A DNA stretch of 42,679 nt, taken from the NCBI GenBank assembly GCA_012034655.1, contig JAAUOZ010000026.1, forward strand, positions 1-42,679, given 5' to 3'. The stretch is from Leptolyngbyaceae cyanobacterium CSU_1_3 (GTDB lineage: Bacteria > Cyanobacteriota > Cyanobacteriia > Leptolyngbyales > Leptolyngbyaceae). Shown here one piece after another: positions 21,231-32,600 of the stretch (its first letter is position 1; each line of letters starts with the position of its first letter). The position numbers were made by a program, and so were the translations under genes. Below the pieces are notes generated by a model that saw only the letters and a list, made by a program, of their open reading frames with translations, was not told the origin of the DNA and did no database searches.

Positions 21231-22394
21231 ATGAATAATCTGAAGATTGTGATCATTGGAGCGGGCATGGGCGGACTGTGTACAGGGATCGCTCTCCGTC
21301 AGGCTGGGTATCAAGTTGAAATCTTCGATCGCGTCAAAGAACTGCGTCCCGCCGGGGCTGGAATTTCTCTCTGGTCAAATGGCGTAAAAGTGCTAAATCG
21401 CCTAGGTCTGAGCAAAAAAATTGCCTGCATCGGCGGCCAAATGGAGCGGATGCAATACTATAACCATAAAGGCGAATGTTTGACTGACTTTAGCTTGTCT
21501 CCGCTGATCGAAAAAGTTGGGCAACGCCCCTACCCAGTAGCCCGCACCGATCTACAACAAATGCTATTAGAAGTGTTTGGGGCAGACCAGGTACATTTAA
21601 ACTCTAAGTGTGTCGCAGTAGAACAGGAGCACGATCGGGTCACTGCCATCTTTGAAGACGGGCGCAGAGTGGCAGGCGACCTACTGATTGGCGCAGATGG
21701 AACTCACTCAAAACTGCGCGAGTATGTGCTGGGATGCCCCACCGAACGCCGCTATGTTGGCTACGTCAATTGGAATGGACTCGTGCCTGCTAGCGAAGAT
21801 CTAGCCGCAAAAGATAGCTGGGCAATCTATGTTGGCGAACACAAAAGAGCTTCTATGATGCCCGTCGGCAACGATCGCTTCTACTTCTTTTTTGATGTGC
21901 CGCTACCCAAAGGAACCGTGAGCCAGCCAAAACAACACCGCGAAGAATTAATGAGTTTCTTCAAGGGCTGGGCAACACCCGTGCAAGCCCTCATCCAGCG
22001 TCTTGATCCCCTACAAACTAATCGGGTTGAGATTCATGATGTCGAGCCGTTAAACCAATTTGTGCGCGGCCGAGTCGCTTTGCTAGGAGATGCAGCCCAC
22101 AGCACGGCCCCCGATTTGGGGCAAGGGGGATGCCAAGCGATCGAGGATGCAGAAGTCATTACTCGCTATCTGCAAACTACAACCTTGAGCGTAGAAGATG
22201 CCCTAAAGCGATATGAAGCTGAACGCAAGAATCGAGCAAACGATATCGTTCTCAAGGCACGCAAGCGATCAGATATGACACACGGCAAAAATCCAGAAAA
22301 AACGCAGCAGTGGTATGAAGAACTTAAACAAGAGAATGGTAGTAACATCATAAATGCGATCGCGAATACGATTCTTGCAGGGCCAATGCATTAG
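21231..22394 (+). CDS. hpxO: FAD-dependent aromatic-ring monooxygenase, probably an HpxO-type FAD-dependent urate hydroxylase
   Basis: GAGMGG dinucleotide-binding motif ([17 protein letters not shown]), a DG motif ([13 protein letters not shown]) and [15 protein letters not shown]. It is about 387 aa from the ATG at 21231, with GAGGGG upstream. The function is assigned from its position directly upstream of the HIU hydrolase and OHCU decarboxylase genes. Confidence 0.7.
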   Translation: MNNLKIVIIGAGMGGLCTGIALRQAGYQVEIFDRVKELRPAGAGISLWSNGVKVLNRLGLSKKIACIGGQMERMQYYNHKGECLTDFSLSPLIEKVGQRPYPVARTDLQQMLLEVFGADQVHLNSKCVAVEQEHDRVTAIFEDGRRVAGDLLIGADGTHSKLREYVLGCPTERRYVGYVNWNGLVPASEDLAAKDSWAIYVGEHKRASMMPVGNDRFYFFFDVPLPKGTVSQPKQHREELMSFFKGWATPVQALIQRLDPLQTNRVEIHDVEPLNQFVRGRVALLGDAAHSTAPDLGQGGCQAIEDAEVITRYLQTTTLSVEDALKRYEAERKNRANDIVLKARKRSDMTHGKNPEKTQQWYEELKQENGSNIINAIANTILAGPMH

Positions 22395-22501
22395 CTCCTC
22401 TATCAGGCAGATTCTCCAAGGATCGTGGATTATTAACTTGGCAACTCAAGATCCGTCAGGCACAATTCAGCAAAACCCAAAACTACTTGCTTAGAAAGTC
22501 T

Positions 22502-22870
22502 ATGGCTGATCACCCCTCTGGTAAACTGACGACTCACGTTCTCGACACGGCTCATGGCTGCCCAGCAGCAAACTTGACGATCGAACTCTGGGCGATCGCC
22601 CCCCAAACCAGAACCCTGCTCAAAACACTGACAACAAATGCGGATGGTCGCACCGACACACCTCTGCTCATGGATGCTGAGTTTAAACTTGGGCGCTACG
22701 AGCTTGTGTTTGCAGTGGGCGAATATTTTATTCAAAAAAATGTTGAGTTGCCAGAGATTCCGTTTCTCGATCGCATTCCGATTCAGTTTGGTATTGCCGA
22801 CCCGACTGGTCACTATCACGTTCCTCTATTGGCTTCTCCGTGGTCTTATAGCACCTATCGAGGCAGTTGA
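22502..22870 (+). CDS. hiuH: 5-hydroxyisourate hydrolase (transthyretin-like)
   Basis: Canonical family signature, including the C-terminal YRGS and [19 protein letters not shown]. About 122 aa from the Met at 22502. Confidence 0.85.
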   Translation: MADHPSGKLTTHVLDTAHGCPAANLTIELWAIAPQTRTLLKTLTTNADGRTDTPLLMDAEFKLGRYELVFAVGEYFIQKNVELPEIPFLDRIPIQFGIADPTGHYHVPLLASPWSYSTYRGS

Positions 22871-22871
22871 T

Positions 22872-23372
22872 ATGGCTTCTTATACGATCGCCCAACTCAA
22901 TCGCATGAGCCAAGAAGAATTTGTTGAGGCACTGGGAGCTATTTTTGAGGAAACACCTGCGATCGCAGAACAAACCTGGCATTGCAAACCATTCACAGAT
23001 TTTACAGATCTATATCAGAAAATGATTACGATCGTGAATGCAATGACGCAGCCACAACAATTGGCCCTGATTCGATCTCACCCCGACTTGGGAAGTAAGA
23101 CAAAAATGGCAGAAGCCTCTGTACAAGAGCAGTCTGGACTAGGGCTAAATCGGCTCACACCTGATGAATACGCCCACTTTCAAGAACGCAACCAGTCCTA
23201 CAAAGCTCGATTTGGCTTTCCCTTTATTGTGGCTGTCAAAAATCACACGAAGGCCAGTATTTTAGAAGCATTCGATCGACGATTGCAAAGTTCATTCGAG
23301 ACAGAAATCACAGAAGCATTAACAGAAATTTCTGAAATTGCTCGATTTCGCTTAAGAGATCTGATTGTGTAA
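22872..23372 (+). CDS. uraD: OHCU decarboxylase (2-oxo-4-hydroxy-4-carboxy-5-ureidoimidazoline decarboxylase)
   Basis: The ATG overlaps the hiuH stop (TGATATG). Typical motifs are LIRSHPDLG and ARFGFPFIVAVKN. 166 aa. Confidence 0.8.
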   Translation: MASYTIAQLNRMSQEEFVEALGAIFEETPAIAEQTWHCKPFTDFTDLYQKMITIVNAMTQPQQLALIRSHPDLGSKTKMAEASVQEQSGLGLNRLTPDEYAHFQERNQSYKARFGFPFIVAVKNHTKASILEAFDRRLQSSFETEITEALTEISEIARFRLRDLIV

Positions 23373-24167
23373 GTATGAATTGTGCGATCGCCGCACCGTC
23401 AGCATGGCTCTGATGCAACTTTTGCAAGCCTGACCTTTAAGGGGCTTGCAAAAAAATAGAATCCCTCGCTGCATTGTCCGTGAGTGCTGAGGAATCGAAT
23501 ATCATCCGCCTTCTTGATAAAGTTTCTTGCGAGACAACAATGCTACATGGGTCTATTTTGGGGGTTTCACCTTCGATCGCGCTGGAAATTTTCATTGATT
23601 TTCTGCAAGGAAATTAGGGCGCGAGGGTTGAGTGAAGTTGAAACCCGATTCTCTAACAAATGATGCTTGCGCTTGGGCCATCCTGCCCCGGCTGCTCAGT
23701 CCTGAAGGGACTTGCACAGTTAGCCCAAACTTCCAGTTCAGGGTGAGAATGAATCGCAGTGAGCCGCCTGATACAAGATCTAAGTAGACCCGCAAGACAG
23801 TAGGTTTTGACCAGAAATCGATTTAACTTTAACCAACGCAATGTCAATGAAATTTCTTCTCAAAAAGCTTTTCTTCATTACATAATTTATCTCTCAAGTT
23901 TAACTCCCAATGTGAGTTTCAAAGAATGCAGGGAACCATAGGCCTTAGAAACAGCACCTCCAGTGCCAGAAGGGTTGTCTCAGTACCTATGAATTGTATT
24001 AATTTCTTTGATACTCACTCTGAAGAAACTTGATTATTTTTGCAGAAATTGAGTCTTAGAGAAATTGGAATTAGGCAGCAGAAGAAATTCTGTATCAAAG
24101 ATTACATTGTCGTTGCTCTATTTATTTCGAGATTCTAGAAGTCATTCATTTGCTAAGGAGAAAATCC

Positions 24168-27100
24168 GTGCTTAAGCTTACCAATTATGAGATCCAGGAA
24201 AAAATTTATGAAGACTACAAAACGATCGTCTATCGAGGATGCCGGAAGCACGATCGTAAGGCAGTCGTCTTCAAAACCCTCAGAGGAAGTTATCCATCTT
24301 CTGAGGAAATTGCTAGGGTTCGGCATGAGTATGAAATTACCAAAAATTTAGATTTAACAGGAATTGTTAAACCTTGCGGTTTAGAAAAATATAATGGCTT
24401 AGCGATCGTGTTTGAAGACTTTGGCGGGAAATCGCTTAATCACTTTCTTGCTAAAAATCGACCCAATCTGAGTACGTTTCTAAACATCGCAATTCAGCTT
24501 GTGAAAACGCTAGGCAAGCTGCATGAAAGAAACATTATCCATAAAGATATTAAACCGCTCAACATCATTTTCAATTCTAACGATGGCCAAGTTAAAATCA
24601 CTGATTTTGCTAACGCTTCGCTGCTTTTGCAAGAAAACCAGGCGGTGATTCATCCCCATCTACTAGAAGGCACTTTAGCCTATATGTCGCCTGAGCAAAC
24701 AGGTCGCATGAATCGCCCGATCGACTATCGGACAGATTTCTATTCTATGGGAGTTACCCTCTATGAAATGCTGACGGGGCAACTCCCATTTTATGCAGAA
24801 GATGCAATAGAGCTAATCCATTACCATTTGGCCAAGCAGCCAATTGCTCCCCATTATCTTAAGTCAGAAATCCCATCAATTTTGTCTGATATTGTCATGA
24901 AGTTGATGGCTAAAACGGTAGAAGATCGATACCAAAGTGCCTATGGAATTCAATATGACTTAGAGATCTGCCTGGGGCAATTGCAAAAAACTGAGCAGAT
25001 CGAACCTTTTGTTTTAGGTCAAAAAGATATCTCAGCAAAATTTCAAATTCCTCAGTGGTTATATGGGCGAGATCGAGAACTTCAAGTACTAGTTGAAGCC
25101 TACGATCGCATTAGCCGAGGCAGCACCGAAATGATTTTGGTTGAAGGGTATTCTGGAGTAGGAAAGTCAACGCTGGTGCGAGAAATCTACAGGTCTCTCA
25201 GCACGTTGCGACACTCCGAAGGAAGGGTGCAGCAGAGTGGATACTTTGTGAGCGGCAAATTCGATCAATTTAAGCACAATGTTCCCTATGCTGGTTTAAT
25301 TCAGGCATTTCAAGAATTGATTCGGCAGATCTTGACTGAAGGCGAAGCCCAAATCAAAGCCTGGAAAGAAAAAATTCTAGCTGCGATCGGCTCCAATGGG
25401 CAGGTGCTCATTGATGTGATTCCTGAAGTTCAACTGATTATCGGAGCACAACCTGCCATTGCTTGCTTGGCTCCTACAGAAACGCAGAATCGATTTAAGC
25501 TAGTTTTTCAGCAATTTCTGAATGCATTGACTGGCAAAGATCATTCACTTGTTCTATTTCTCGACGACCTGCAATGGGCAGACTCAGCCTCGTTGAATTT
25601 GATTCAACTGGTGATGGCTCCCTCAACTCAGGCATCGCTACTCGTGATAGGTGCTTACCGAGACAACGAAGTGAGTCATTCTCATCCATTAACATTAACG
25701 CTTGACGCAATTCGACAACTGGGAACTGAGATCATCACGCTGAGCTTAGCGCCCCTCAGTCTTGCTGATGTCAACCAGCTACTTGCTGATACGTTGCACC
25801 GCGACCCCTTGGCTTGCCAACCGCTCTCTGAGTTGCTGCTAACTAAAACAAGCGGCAATCCTTTTTTCTTAGCTCAAACGTTGACAACGCTTTATCAAGA
25901 GCGGCATTTATCGTTTGATGCTCAGACAGGTTGTTGGCAGTGGAATCTGGCTCAGATTCAAGAATGGGGATCACCGATAATGTGGTTGAGTTGATGGTCA
26001 GCAAGATTCAGAAATTATCTGAACCAACGCAGAATGTTTTAAAGCTTGCCGCCTGTATTGGAAACTGTTTTGATTTAGGGTTCCTATCGATCGTCAATCA
26101 AAAGTCTCTATCTAAGACCGCAGAAGAGTTGTGGGAGGCTTTGCAAGAAGGTTTAATTTTGCCAACCAGTGAGATTTATATGTTTGTTCAAGATCAGCCA
26201 GTGATGGGTGATGAGTTGCAAACCATAACACAAAATGAATCGCTGAAAATTACCTACAAATTTCTCCACGATCGTGTCCAGCAAGCAGCCTATTCATTGA
26301 TTGCTGATGATCAAAAGCAACCGACCCATCTCCAGATTGGGCGGCTACTGTTGCGCCATACGCCAGTGGCCACCAGAGAAGAAGTCATTTTTGATCTGGT
26401 CAGCCACTTTAATATTGGGGCTGATCTGATCGTGCATCAGTCAGAACGATATGCCGTCGCCGAATTAAATTTGGTGACGGGTCGTAGGGCAAAAGCGGCC
26501 ACTGCCTACGAAGTTGCTGTTCGCTGCTTAAGTGCGGGTCTGAAGTTGTTGCCTGAAGAAAGCTGGCAGTTGAACTATCACTTAACGCTGTCGCTGCATC
26601 TAGAAGCGCTGGAAGCGGAATACTTGAACACTCGGTTTGAGCAAGCAGAGAAATTGGCTGCTATTGTGCTGCACAATGCACAAGAACTGTTGGAAAAAGT
26701 CAAAGTGTATGAGATTAAAATTCAGTTTCATATCTCCCAAAATCAGCAATTAGCCGCGATCGAGACTGCTTTAGAAATTCTCAATCTTCTCGGCGAACCG
26801 TTAGTTCAGGAAGCACCCCAAGACATTGTGGTTGAAGACTTGATTCTTCTTCCTAAAATGACAAACCTGTGCAAGATCGCTGCAATGAAGATTTTAACAT
26901 TGCTCATGCCGCCTGCTTTGTTTGCAAGACCCGCTTTGTTGCCCTCGATCGCCTATGCAATGGTCAATCTCAGCGTTGAGTATGGTAACTCAGCCACCAG
27001 TGCTTATGGTTATGCGTTCTATGGGTTAATTTTGTGCAGCGAAAAAGAGATCGAACGCGGCTATAAATATGGCCAGTTAGCAATGCAAGTGCTAGAGCAA

Positions 27101-29641
27101 TTTGACGCTAAAGAACTGCACAGCAAAATTATCAATGTCTTTAATGTCTTCATTCGCCATTGGAAAGAGCCAGTTCGCCATACGATTAAGCCACTTCAGG
27201 AAGGAATTCAAGTTAGCTTTGAAACGGGAGATATTGAGTATGCGTGCTATAACGCAATTTCCTACTGCACCTATCGCTTTTTTAGCGGAGAAACCCTAGA
27301 AACGGTTCAGCAACAGCAGCATATTTATATCGATTTGTTGCTCAAGCTAAAACAGGAGTATTCAACCTATTTTCTGCAAATTGGGAAGCAACTGGTCTGC
27401 AATCTCATGGGTCAAGCGTATGATAAGTTTCGCTTGATCGGAGAAGATTTTAACGAAGAAGAGGCGATTCCTGCTTTGATGGAGTCTAATAATTTTACGC
27501 TACTTTTCTTTGTTTATCTTGCCAAAACGATTTTGCTATATTTCTTGCAAGACTATCAGCAAGCGATCGTTTATGCCAGACTCGCTGAACAGTATGCAGA
27601 CAGCATGATTGGCTTTATGCACGTACCCGAACTAAATTTCTACACGTCACTCACCTTATTGGCACTCTGCACAACAGCTACCACAGATGAGAAGACGCAA
27701 TATTTAGACCAGGTGCAACGCAATCAAGTGCAAATGCAAGAATGGGCAACTCATGCGCCTGCAAATTATCAACATAAGTTTGATTTAGTCGAAGCCGAAA
27801 GAGCGAGAATTGGTGGACAAATCCTTGAGGCAATGGAATTGTACGATCGAGCAATTTTGGGCGCACAAACAGAGCACTATCTACAAGAAACTGCATTGGC
27901 ATATGAGCGGGCTTCAGAGTTATATGAAGGGTGTGGTCGGGCACAAATCGCTCAGTTTTATCTTGAAGAAGCTTGCCGTGTCTACGATTCTTGGGGGGCT
28001 ACTGCCAAGATTCAAGCCTTAGAGGCAAAGCATTCACAACTCAAGCTAATTGCCCGTAACCTTCCGATGAATGCTGGGGAGGTTCTTCCTACAACAAGTT
28101 CAGTTGTGAGCGATCACCTGGTGAGCCTAGACTTGACCACGATCGTCAAAGCGTCTCAAGCGATCGCAGGTGAGATTGTTTTGAGCAAACTGCTGGATAA
28201 ATTACTTAAAATTGTCATGGAGAATGCAGGTGCTCAGTCTAGTTGTCTAATTTTGCAAAAGAACGGACAACTCGTAGTCGAGGCAACCACTTCAATTGAG
28301 CAAGGCAAAGTTAGTTTACATCCTTCACTACCGATCGAGACTAGCCAGACGTTACCCGTGTCGTTGCTCTACTATGTTGCTAGAACACAAGAAAATCTTG
28401 TTTTAGCCAATGCAATGTGCGAAGAGAGGTTTATTTCAGATCCATACCTGGTTAACCACCGGCCAAAATCTGTTTTATGTGCGCCTATTGTCAATCAAGG
28501 TAAGCTCATTGGTCTGCTGTATTTAGAGAATAATCTCATGATCGGTGCTTTCAACCCAAATCGTCTAGAAGTGCTGAAAATTCTCTCGGCTCAGGCAGCA
28601 ATCTCGATCGAAAATGCTCTCCTCTATGCCAACTTGGCGACAGCAACAGATAGCCTAAAGAAAGCGAATAGTCAATTAGAAGACTATAGCCGTACCTTAC
28701 AGCAGAAAGTTGCCGAACGAACGCTAGAGTTGCAAGAAAAGAATCAAAAACTAAATCAACAAACCACCCAAACTGAATTAGCATTGCACGAGCTAAAGAG
28801 AACTCAGATACAACTCATTCAATCTGAGAAGATGTCAAGCTTGGGGCAGCTAATAGCAGGCATTGCCCACGAGATCAATAACCCCATTAACTTTGTCTAT
28901 GGCAACATTGAATATGTCAATGAGTATATGCAAGAAGTTCTTCATCTACTGCGGCTATATCAGCAGCACTGTTCGCAGCCAATTTTCGCGATACAAGAGA
29001 AACTAGAGGAGATTGACCTCAATTTTCTGCTAACCGATTTCCCAAAAACCCTTGCCTCAATGAAAGTTGGAGCAGAGAGAATTCGGGAGATTGTCAAGAG
29101 CCTACGAAATTTCTCACGTCTAGGTGAGTCAGAGAGCAAAGAGGTCAATATTCACGAAGGCATCAATAGCACTTTGCTGATACTAGAGAATCGCCTGAAA
29201 GAGAAGTTGAACTGTCCTGGTATTCAGGTTGTTAAAGAATATGGTGAACTGCCCATAGTCGATTGTTATGCGGGGCAACTAAACCAAGTGTTTATGAATT
29301 TGATCAGCAATGCGATCGATGCCTTGGGCGAGCGCGATGTCTCAGAAATTCAAGCTCAACCCAGTACGATTTACATTTCTACAGAGGTATTCAACGATCG
29401 TCGTTGGGTCAGAATTTCCATTCGAGATAATGGCAATGGAATATCTGAAGAGTTGCAACATCGTTTGTTTGATCCATTTTTCACCACAAAACCCGTTGGC
29501 TATGGCACAGGGCTAGGGTTATCTATCAGCTACCAGATTGTGGTTGACCAACACAAAGGTCAGTTGAAATGTTTATCAAAACCTGGGCAGGGCGCAGAGT
29601 TTGTGATCGAGATTCCGGTTACACAAGCCTTGTCCACCTAG
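24168..29641 (+). CDS. Giant multidomain signalling protein: Ser/Thr protein kinase, AAA/NTPase, TPR-like helical region, GAF, HisKA and HATPase_c. Apparent 1-bp frameshift near 25962..25966.
   Basis: AAGGAG lies 7 nt before GTG 24168. Kinase motifs are HKDIKPLN, DFA and SPEQ. P-loop is GYSGVGKST. ORF 25931..29641 continues directly (QIQEMGITDNVVEL if one A is added in CAAGAATGGGG). Later features are a GAF (about 28100..28620), the H-box AHEINNPINF and G-boxes DNGNGI and GTGLGL. Confidence 0.75.
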
Positions 29642-29644
29642 TAC

Positions 29645-29682
29645 ATTTAGAGGTGAATTTTCAATAAAATCCACCTCTAAAT
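29645..29682. terminator. Bidirectional stem-loop terminator candidate between a convergent gene pair
   Basis: Perfect 11-bp inverted repeat ATTTAGAGGTG..CACCTCTAAAT with a 16-nt AT-rich loop. It is 4 nt after the stop of the plus-strand gene and 16 nt from the stop of the minus-strand NRPS gene. Confidence 0.5.
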
Positions 29683-29697
29683 CGATGTGCTCAACTA

Positions 29698-32600
29698 CTA
29701 CGATCGAGGCGCTTCTAAGAAACCGTTTTGAATAAAGTAGGAGAAGTAAACCTGTAGCAATTCATCGTTGACGGGTGGGCAAACAATGCCTGTATCTGTC
29801 AAAGCGGCACTAGTATTTTGGCAATCTAGATAGGGGTGATATTGGTATAGCTCCGGTAAAGTTAGCTCTTGATACATCTTTTCTACCTGCATTGGCACTA
29901 GTGGATACAAAGCATTCTCTTGAGAGTATCGTGTATGCTGTAGCAGGCGATCTTTCCACTGATCGTAGGGTAGTTTTTCTACAAAGTAACCGTAATCATT
30001 GATCTGTTGAAAGAATTCCAGAAACTTCTGGGGATGAGGATTTACAACGTGGAAGATTTGTCCTAGTGATTGTTCTTGACGAGAGAGGTGAACGATCGCT
30101 TTACTAGCGTAGTCGATCGGCACAAAGTATTCATGCTTGTTCGGTAGGTCAGGGTAGCATCCGAGTTGAATGCAGCCTTTGATCAATCGAGATGCATAAT
30201 CTTTGGTGTTGGTAATTCCCGTTTGGCTATGTCCTAAGATTAGTCCGGGTCGGAAAATGGTCACGGGTATGCCTCTTGAGCGTGCCGTATGCATCAGTTT
30301 TTCTGCCACCCACTTACTTTGTGAGTATCCCAGAAACAGAATATCTTCACTCGGATCAAGGTCATCGTCTTCATACAAAGCAGACATGCGATTGAAGTAG
30401 CCAGTCGCCCCAAATACAGAATCTGTTGAAATATAATGTACTGTCTTGGTTTGGCTCTGACACGCCAGTTTGAGGATTTCTTGAGTACCTAAAACATTGG
30501 CTGCTTTCATCAAAGAATAGGGCTTGACGAAGTTAACCAATGCACCGTTGTGGTAGATCGTATCAATTTGATCAGCCAACAGGTTGAACTGTTCTGGTGA
30601 TACTCCTAACAATGGTTGAGACAGATCTCCAGGAATAGGAACGATACGATCGCGATAACGCTCATCCCACAATGAATATTGTTCTAACGTTTGTTGTAGT
30701 CTAACTGCACCATCACTGGAGCTAGAACAACGAACCAGACAATAAAGGGTTGCCTGAGTCTGCTGAAGTAACTCATGCACCAAGAAGGCTCCCAAGAACC
30801 CAGTGGCTCCCGTGAGGAAGACATTTTGAGGATTGCTAACGGGAACGATCGCCGGCCCACTTGGGTAAATATCTGATGCCAATACTGCATCGCCTTTGAG
30901 GTCAAGCGTTTTCGTTAAAGCAGCAACACTGTCTACGCCATCTCGCTGTAAGGCTTCTAAGGTTTGGGCAAGACCTTCGATCGTCGGATACTCAAACAGC
31001 AAGCGCACAGGTAACTCGACCTGAAACTCTTCTCTGATGTAAGAAATCAGGTGTGCTGCCAGTAATGAATTGCCACCCAAATAGAAGAAATCATCATGAA
31101 TGCCCAAGTCTTTAATACCCAGCACGGCAGACCAGAAGTGAGCAACCTGCTGTTCCATCAGAGTTCGAGGTGCGATGAAGGTTGATTCTAACTCAGGTCG
31201 AGCATCGGGGAGGGGCAAGGCACGATGATCGACTTTGCCGTTGATGGTGAGTGGCAATGTTTCCAACACAACGAACGCTGAAGGAATCATATATTCCGGT
31301 AATTTCTGCTGAAGGAATCGACGCAGATCGGAAGTGGCTAATGTTCCCTTGGAGGTCAGGTATGCTACCAGTCGCTTATCAGTTGGGATATCTTCTCGAA
31401 CAATGACCACACATTCACTCACATTGGAATAATGCTGAATTGCGGACTCCACATCGCCTAGTTCGATCCGAAAACCGCGAATTTTCACCTGATTGTCGAT
31501 GCGTCCCAAATATTCAATATCGCCATTGGCAAGCCGACGCGCCAGATCTCCTGATTTGTAGAGGCGTGTCTTGGGGCAAAAGGGATTTTCGATAAACCGT
31601 TCAGCCGTTAGCTCTGGGCGATTTAGATAGCCTCTTGCTAACCCTGCGCCACCAATATGCATTTCTCCGGGTACACCGATCGGGACAAGTTGCAGATTTT
31701 GATCCAGCAAATAGACCTGAAGATCAGGAATAGGTTGCCCGATCGCGCTGCCTGCATTGAGGTCTGCGATCGTAATCGGTCGATAGGTCACATGGACAGT
31801 CGTTTCGGTGATGCCATACATATTCACTAGCTGAGGGGTTCGATCTCCGTGGCGATCAAACCAAGATTTTAAGCTTTGCAGTTCCAACGCTTCGCCCCCA
31901 AAGATCACAAAGCGCAATGCTAGATCATCAGAAACGCCAGATAGTTCTTCGGTTCGCATCAGTTGTCGAAAGGCAGAAGGCGTTTGGTTCAGTACTGTGA
32001 CTTTTTCGCTGCATAACAACTTGTAGAAGGAATCTGGCGATCGACCCACACAATGCGGCACAATTACCAACCGTCCGCCATGCAACAATGCACCCCACAG
32101 TTCCCACACCGAGAAATCAAAAGCATAAGAGTGGAAGAGTGTCCAGACATCGTGCTTGTTGAATTGGAACCAAGCCTGAGTTGAGCTAAACAGCCGCATC
32201 ACATTGGAGTGATTGATCAGCACTCCTTTGGGTTTGCCTGTTGAGCCAGAGGTGTAGATCACGTAGGCGAGCGTGTCAGCATTGAGAATACGCCCAGGAG
32301 ATGTAGTAGGAAGTGCGGCGATCGTATCCCCATCTGTATCTAAACAAACGGCTTGAGCGGATGTTTTGGGCAACCGTTGCTGCAAATCAGATTGCGTAAC
32401 TACTAAGGCTGCATTCATATCTTCGACAATGCCCGCCAAGCGTTCTGGTGGCGATGCCGGATCGAGGGGAACATATGCACCGCCTGCCTTCAGAATTCCC
32501 AGAATGGCGACAACCAAATTGAGAGAGCGATCGACACATAGCCCTACTAAACTATCCGGTTTGACCCCCAAGTTTTGCAGGTGATGGGCCAACTGATTTG

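Noticed and set aside
23423-23452. Stem-loop TTGCAAGCC..GGCTTGCAA as terminator of the urate operon
   Set aside because: On the coding-sense strand it is followed by an A-run, not a U-run. On the opposite strand there is no gene to terminate. Kept only as part of the possible structured-RNA observation.
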